Below are positions 59,388 through 64,000 of a stretch of DNA of 64,000 nt, in pieces. This DNA comes from a bacterium. GTDB lineage: Bacteria; Zixibacteria; MSB-5A5; GN15; FEB-12. The notes beneath the pieces are model-generated. The model saw only the letters and a program-made list of their open reading frames with translations. It did no database searches and was not told where the DNA came from. The stretch's first letter is position 1, and the number at the start of each line of letters is the position of its first letter. The stretch covers positions 851-64,850 of the forward strand of contig JARGFS010000001.1 in assembly GCA_029211095.1 (NCBI GenBank), read 5' to 3'. The position numbers and the translations under genes were made by a program.

Positions 59388-59442
59388 TTGCCCAATTTTC
59401 GTATTCTCTAAGCATTCTGGGAGTATAAATTGAAGTGAGACT

Positions 59443-62436
59443 ATGAAAAATATAATTACCAAGATATTCGGTACCAAGCACGAGCGGGACACCAAAAAAG
59501 TGCAACCGCTGGTCGATGAAATTAACCAGCACTTTGAAAAGCTGAAGGATTTGTCCGAAGAAGCGCTGATCGCAAAAACGGCTGAGTTCAAGCAGCGACT
59601 GGCCGATGGAGAAACCACCGAAGATATCATGACCGAGGCGTTCGCGGTGGTCAAGGAAGCGTGCCGCCGTCATATGGGAACCTCGTGGGAGGTCTCCGGC
59701 CAGGAGGTTTCCTGGAATATGGTACATTTCGACGTCCAGCTTATTGGCGGTATTGCGCTTCACCAGGGGAAAATCACGGAGATGGCCACCGGTGAAGGAA
59801 AGACGCTGGTTGCCACCCTGCCCACCTACCTCAATGCCCTGACCGGAAAAGGGGTTCATGTTGTAACTGTCAACGACTACCTGGCCCGTCGTGACCGGGA
59901 CTGGATGGGTAAAATATATGAATATTTGGGCCTGACTGTCGGCGTTGTCCAGAACCAGATGAATAACGCCGAACGGCGGGAAATGTATGAGTGTGATGTA
60001 ACTTTCGGTACGGCCAATGAATTCGGTTTTGACTATCTGCGTGACAATATGGCCCAGACAGCCGAAGATCGCGTGCATCGCAATTACCACTACGCCATCA
60101 TTGACGAAGTTGATTCAATCCTGATTGATGAAGCCAGAACGCCGCTCATAATTTCCGGCCAGGTGGAGAATTCGGTTCATGATCGGTATCGCGAGATGCG
60201 GCCGACCGTTGAACGGGTCGTTCGCAAACAGACAGTGCTGATAAATGAAATGGTGGCCAAAGCAGAAAAGATGCTTTCAGATGAAGTGGCCGAGAACGAA
60301 TTTGAAGCAGGAACACTACTTCTGGCCGCCAAACGAGGGGCACCCAAAAACAAGCGCCTGCTGAAACTGCTGAATGAGACTGGCGTCACGAAACTGATCA
60401 GCGATGTTGAAGGTTCTTACATGCGGGACAAAAAACTGCATGAAATTGATGACCGACTCTTTTTCTTCATTGATGAACGGGAACACTCTATCGCCCTGAC
60501 CGACCGAGGGACGGAGATACTCTCCCCCGAAGAACAAAAACTGTACGAGATCCCGGACATCTCAACCATGCTGTCCGAACTTGAAGGGAACGAATCCCTC
60601 TCGGTTGAAGAACGCCAGAAGAAGACAGATGATATTTATAAGATTCATGCCGAGCGCTCAGAGAAAGTCCACGCCATAAGCCAGCTCCTTCGGGCCTACT
60701 CACTCTATGAAAAAGATGTTGAGTACGTGATTCAGGAGGGGAAGGTGATGATTGTCGATGAGTTCACCGGTCGTGTTCTGCCCGGACGGCGTTACTCAGA
60801 CGGACTCCACCAGTCCATTGAAGCTAAAGAAGGGGTCCGGATTGAGGCGGAATCGCAGACACTGGCCACAATCACACTCCAGAACTATTTCCGCATGTTT
60901 GACAAGCTGGCCGGTATGACCGGTACGGCCGAAACCGAAGCGCAGGAATTTTGGGACATCTACAACCTGGATGTCATGGTGATTCCGACCAATGTCCCCT
61001 GTATCAGAGATGACCGCGAAGATCAGATCTATCGCACCCGGCGCGAGAAGTACAACGCCATCATCAATGAAATTGTAGAAAAGCACAATGATGGACAACC
61101 GGTGTTGGTGGGGACCGTGACAGTTGATGTCTCGGAGACGTTGTCGAGAATGCTCAAGCGGGCCAAAGTGCCGCACAATGTTCTCAATGCCAAGCAGCAT
61201 CAGAGCGAAGCCGAAATTGTCGCCAACGCCGGTCGCTCCGGAGCGGTGACGATAGCAACCAATATGGCCGGTCGTGGAACTGACATTCGTCTCGGTGAAG
61301 GAGTCGCGGACCTGGGCGGACTGCATATTGTCGGTACTGAGCGGCATGAGTCGCGCCGGATTGACCGCCAGCTGCGGGGTCGTGCCGGTCGCCAGGGAGA
61401 CGCGGGTTCTTCGCTGTTTTTCCTGTCGCTCGAAGATGACCTGATGCGTCTCTTTGGCGGAGATCGGCTGGGGTCAATCATGGATCGACTCGGGGTTGAG
61501 GATGGCGAAGTTATCACGCACGGCATGGTCACCAAGGCGATTGAACGAGCCCAGAAGAAGGTCGAAGCACAGAACTACGCTATTCGTAAGCACACTCTCG
61601 AGTACGATGACGTGATGAACGTCCAGCGCAAATGGATCTATGAGCGAAGACTCTCAGCGCTGGAGCGGACCTCTATTAAAGAAGAGGTCGTGGAACTGAT
61701 CTCTGAAGTCATGGACGGGCTGATGGAAACCTACTGTCCGGAATCTGACGATCCGGGAGCCTGGAACCTGACGGGACTTACCGATGACCTCCGCAAAATT
61801 TATCTGCTCAATCTTCAGTTCAAAGAAGAGGATATCCCCAAACTCACGCCGGAGAAACTGAAGACCGACGTCCTTGGCGCGGTCATGAAGTTCTACAATC
61901 AGAAAGAGGAAGCGTACGGCGAAGAGATCATGCGGCAGTTGGAACGCTACGCGGTGCTGTCGACCATTGACCGGAACTGGCGGGATCACCTGGCCGAGAT
62001 GGAAGAACTTCGCACCGGTATTGGCCTTCGTGCCTATCACCAGGGGCTGGGGAAACCGATTGATATTTATAAGCGGGAAGGATTCAAAATCTTCCAGGAT
62101 ATGATTGGTACAATCGACCAGGAGATTATCTCGCTTGTCTACAAACTGCAGGTGAACATTCCGGAAGAATCCCGGGCAAAGCGTCGGGCCGTCCATGAGA
62201 ATACAGCCATACACGCTGACTCTACCGGCATGGGGTACGCCTCGGCAGGCGCTGAGGCTTCCGCTCCGACCGGCTCTTCAATTGCAACCGCACAGCCAAG
62301 CCCAATGGCGCAGGCTTCGCAGGCCGGGAAACAGGATAGGACTATTAAGCGGACGCAACCAAAAGTTGGTCGCAACGATCCCTGCCCCTGCGGTTCTGGC
62401 AAAAAATACAAGAAGTGCCACGGAGCGAATGGGTAG
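59443..62436 (+). CDS. secA: preprotein translocase ATPase SecA
   Basis: Full-length SecA with [39 protein letters not shown] and the C-terminal zinc motif [14 protein letters not shown]. Confidence 0.97.
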   Translation: MKNIITKIFGTKHERDTKKVQPLVDEINQHFEKLKDLSEEALIAKTAEFKQRLADGETTEDIMTEAFAVVKEACRRHMGTSWEVSGQEVSWNMVHFDVQLIGGIALHQGKITEMATGEGKTLVATLPTYLNALTGKGVHVVTVNDYLARRDRDWMGKIYEYLGLTVGVVQNQMNNAERREMYECDVTFGTANEFGFDYLRDNMAQTAEDRVHRNYHYAIIDEVDSILIDEARTPLIISGQVENSVHDRYREMRPTVERVVRKQTVLINEMVAKAEKMLSDEVAENEFEAGTLLLAAKRGAPKNKRLLKLLNETGVTKLISDVEGSYMRDKKLHEIDDRLFFFIDEREHSIALTDRGTEILSPEEQKLYEIPDISTMLSELEGNESLSVEERQKKTDDIYKIHAERSEKVHAISQLLRAYSLYEKDVEYVIQEGKVMIVDEFTGRVLPGRRYSDGLHQSIEAKEGVRIEAESQTLATITLQNYFRMFDKLAGMTGTAETEAQEFWDIYNLDVMVIPTNVPCIRDDREDQIYRTRREKYNAIINEIVEKHNDGQPVLVGTVTVDVSETLSRMLKRAKVPHNVLNAKQHQSEAEIVANAGRSGAVTIATNMAGRGTDIRLGEGVADLGGLHIVGTERHESRRIDRQLRGRAGRQGDAGSSLFFLSLEDDLMRLFGGDRLGSIMDRLGVEDGEVITHGMVTKAIERAQKKVEAQNYAIRKHTLEYDDVMNVQRKWIYERRLSALERTSIKEEVVELISEVMDGLMETYCPESDDPGAWNLTGLTDDLRKIYLLNLQFKEEDIPKLTPEKLKTDVLGAVMKFYNQKEEAYGEEIMRQLERYAVLSTIDRNWRDHLAEMEELRTGIGLRAYHQGLGKPIDIYKREGFKIFQDMIGTIDQEIISLVYKLQVNIPEESRAKRRAVHENTAIHADSTGMGYASAGAEASAPTGSSIATAQPSPMAQASQAGKQDRTIKRTQPKVGRNDPCPCGSGKKYKKCHGANG

Positions 62437-62465
62437 GTTCTTTTATGTTGTACACCCAATCATAG

Positions 62466-62560
62466 ATAGAATGGTCGGGACCGTAAAGGTCCCGACCTAC
62501 GAATAACTGCCGCCCACCGGATAGAATTGTCGGGACCGTAAAGGTCCCGACCTACGAATA
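62466..62560 (-). repeat. two 40-bp direct copies (55-bp period) of the GTAG+GTCGGGACC-TTTAC-GGTCCCGAC REP-like unit
   Basis: 62466-62505 and 62521-62560 both read atagaat(g/t)gtcgggaccgtaaaggtcccgacctacgaata on the plus strand, with 9-bp perfect stems. Confidence 0.9.
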
Positions 62561-62704
62561 GCTTAGTCGAAGGGTGGTTTTCTCATCTAAACAATCGTGC
62601 TTCGACAGACCCAGCATGACTTAAGTCTGGGACTGGTTGAAATGCTTAAGGATGCATCGCCTGCTTTCAAAAGCTGTCCGAGGGAATAATTGTGCCATAG
62701 GCAC

Positions 62705-62733
62705 AAAAAAAAGGCGCCTCCCGCATGGGAGAC
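62705..62733 (-). terminator. probable terminator of rpmA
   Basis: On the minus strand a short hairpin (ctccc atgc gggag, with flanking G-C) is followed by T8. Confidence 0.45.
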
Positions 62734-62746
62734 ACCCTAAATTCTA

Positions 62747-62773
62747 GTAGGTCGAAACCCCTTTGGTTTCGAC
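62747..62773 (+). repeat. REP-like palindrome GTAG+GTCGAAACC-CCTTT-GGTTTCGAC
   Basis: 9-bp perfect stem, 17 nt downstream of the rpmA stop. Confidence 0.75.
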
Positions 62774-62789
62774 TATCCATGTCCAGCTA

Positions 62790-63056
62790 CTAATTGACTG
62801 CTTCAGGAGCGTAGACAGAGACTTTCTTGCCAGTCTTGCCGACCCGCTCAAAAGTCACGAAGCCATCAATCTTGGCAAAGAGCGTGCAGTCCGATCCAAC
62901 ACCAACATTGTGGCCGGCTTTGATAGGAGTGCCAACCTGACGAATGATGATTGATCCGGCCGAAACCAACTGGCCGCCGAACGCTTTGGTGCCTCTTCGC
63001 TGTCCGTTCGAGTCCCGTCCGTTCTTGGAGGAACCAACACCTTTTTTATGTGCCAT
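62790..63056 (-). CDS. rpmA: 50S ribosomal protein L27
   Basis: [38 protein letters not shown]....G.NVG.G.D.TLFA..DG.V.F. Confidence 0.95.
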   Translation of the reverse strand: MAHKKGVGSSKNGRDSNGQRRGTKAFGGQLVSAGSIIIRQVGTPIKAGHNVGVGSDCTLFAKIDGFVTFERVGKTGKKVSVYAPEAVN

Positions 63057-63162
63057 AACTAACCTCTATGGTCAAAAGTCAAAATTTACAAAACCAATTG
63101 CTTTGGACTCTATCGGCCAATCCAGAGCAAACCCGAACAGGGCATACCTGCCCGAGCCTGTA

Positions 63163-63191
63163 ATTATAGCAGATCGGCCACAGAAACGCAA
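63163..63191 (-). promoter_or_regulatory. sigma70-like promoter for rpmA (TTGCGT-17-TATAAT)
   Basis: On the minus strand: -35 TTGCGT (63191-63186), 17-nt spacer, perfect -10 TATAAT (63168-63163). This leaves a ~100-nt leader before ATG 63056. Confidence 0.5.
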
Positions 63192-63271
63192 GCGGAAAGG
63201 TAAGACACTACTGCACATAGGGTTATGGTGTCGCCGGGTCAATAATTCACCCGGCCACGGCCATCGACTTC

Positions 63272-63300
63272 AAAAAAAGGCCGGATCAGATGATCCGGCC
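63272..63300 (-). terminator. rho-independent terminator of clpC
   Basis: ggccggatca / tgatccggcc form a 10-bp palindrome, followed on the minus strand by T7. Confidence 0.8.
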
Positions 63301-63331
63301 TTTCTCAATTAATGGAATATTGGAAGTATCC

Positions 63332-64000
63332 TTAGTGAACTTCTTCTTTCTTCTCTGAGCCTTTGCCGTTGAACGTGAAGGTCAGTTTTTCATTGTCGGT
63401 GCCAATCAGCAACTCACTGTCACCGGCATGCTGGCCGCGAAGAATCTCTTCGGCCAGTGGATCTTCCAGATACCGCACCAGGGCTCTCTTGAGCGGTCGG
63501 GCGCCGTATTCCGGATCGTATCCTTTCTCAGTCAGGAAAACACGCGCTTCCTCAGTAAGATGGAAACTGATCCCTTTCTCAGCCAGACGTTTGGCGATAT
63601 CGGTCACCAGGATGTTGATGATCTTGGCAATATGCTCACGTTCCAGATGATGGAACACAATTGACTCATCAATACGGTTGAGCAGTTCCGGATTAAACAG
63701 CTTCTTGAGTGAAGCCATAATCTTTTTCTGCATACCGCCGAACGAAGAGTCAAGTTCCTCAGCATCAAATCCGACCGATTTACTGTCGCGGATTTCCTTG
63801 GTCCCGATATTGGAAGTCATTATGACCACCGTATTCTTGAAATCAACCTTACGGCCGAACGAATCGGTAAGGGAACCATCATCCATAAGCTGCAGGAGAA
63901 TATTGAAGACATCCGGATGTGCTTTTTCAATCTCATCAAGCAGCACCACCGAATACGGTTTCCGTCTGACCTTCTCCGTCAGCTGGCCGCCCTCTTCATA
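63332..64000 (-). CDS. clpC: Clp/Hsp100 AAA+ ATPase, ClpC/ClpA-type, C-terminal part (5' end outside window)
   Basis: The frame is open to the window edge (YEEGGQLTEKVRRKPYSVVLLDEIEKAHPDVFNILLQ..DDG.LTD..GR.VDF.NT..IMTSN.G; GARPL.R). Confidence 0.85.
   Translation of the reverse strand, partial: YEEGGQLTEKVRRKPYSVVLLDEIEKAHPDVFNILLQLMDDGSLTDSFGRKVDFKNTVVIMTSNIGTKEIRDSKSVGFDAEELDSSFGGMQKKIMASLKKLFNPELLNRIDESIVFHHLEREHIAKIINILVTDIAKRLAEKGISFHLTEEARVFLTEKGYDPEYGARPLKRALVRYLEDPLAEEILRGQHAGDSELLIGTDNEKLTFTFNGKGSEKKEEVH

Noticed and set aside
60796-62214. Antisense ORFs within secA (60796-61347, 61654-62214 and others)
   Set aside because: They are shadow frames of a highly conserved gene.

Overview
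This 64-kb window comes from a diderm bacterium (LpxH, MlaD, OM beta-barrel proteins, many TPR lipoproteins). A few hand-counted lines give about 55% GC. The lineage cannot be assigned from sequence alone. The window is overwhelmingly core genome, with about 55 protein genes. They include priA, secA, acnA, an NAD-type isocitrate dehydrogenase, gcvT, purL, lpxH-like, ispE-spoVG-tRNA-Gln-prs-rplY, rpmE-DUF1385-prfA-(membrane protein)-prmC-nth, ppa, pyrK-pyrD-pyrF, cobB, a GH57 glucan enzyme, mlaD, rsgA, rpmA and a partial clpC. There is one tRNA, Gln(UUG). I found no transposase, integrase, phage, cas, CRISPR, toxin-antitoxin or recognisable defence or secretion island, and no convincing multi-gene novel system. 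Six things merit a second look. (1) selD is a selenoprotein: an in-frame TGA sits at the catalytic Cys17 position and is followed by a SECIS-like hairpin, and the ORF track therefore truncates the gene. (2) A 546-aa protein fuses a duplicated HTH N-terminus to a LeuC/aconitase-like domain that has lost its Fe-S ligands and catalytic motifs; it is translationally coupled to a HIT hydrolase. (3) A signal-peptide ORF ends 55 nt upstream of secA in an RPPD-(CTA)4 segment encoded by interleaved palindromes; it is either a speculative SecM-like monitor or a REP-truncated barrel gene. (4) A window-wide superfamily of GTAG-flanked GTC...GAC palindromes (REP-like) has covarying stems, microsatellite expansions at the GTAG end and a 105-bp tandem duplication. 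(5) A hairpin-dense 0.58-kb non-coding block with 16-bp iterons follows priA, next to an AT-richer membrane/TPR gene sitting where pth is normally found. (6) There is an orphan beta-class DNA methyltransferase. All functional calls rest on motif recognition by eye; no database searches were possible.
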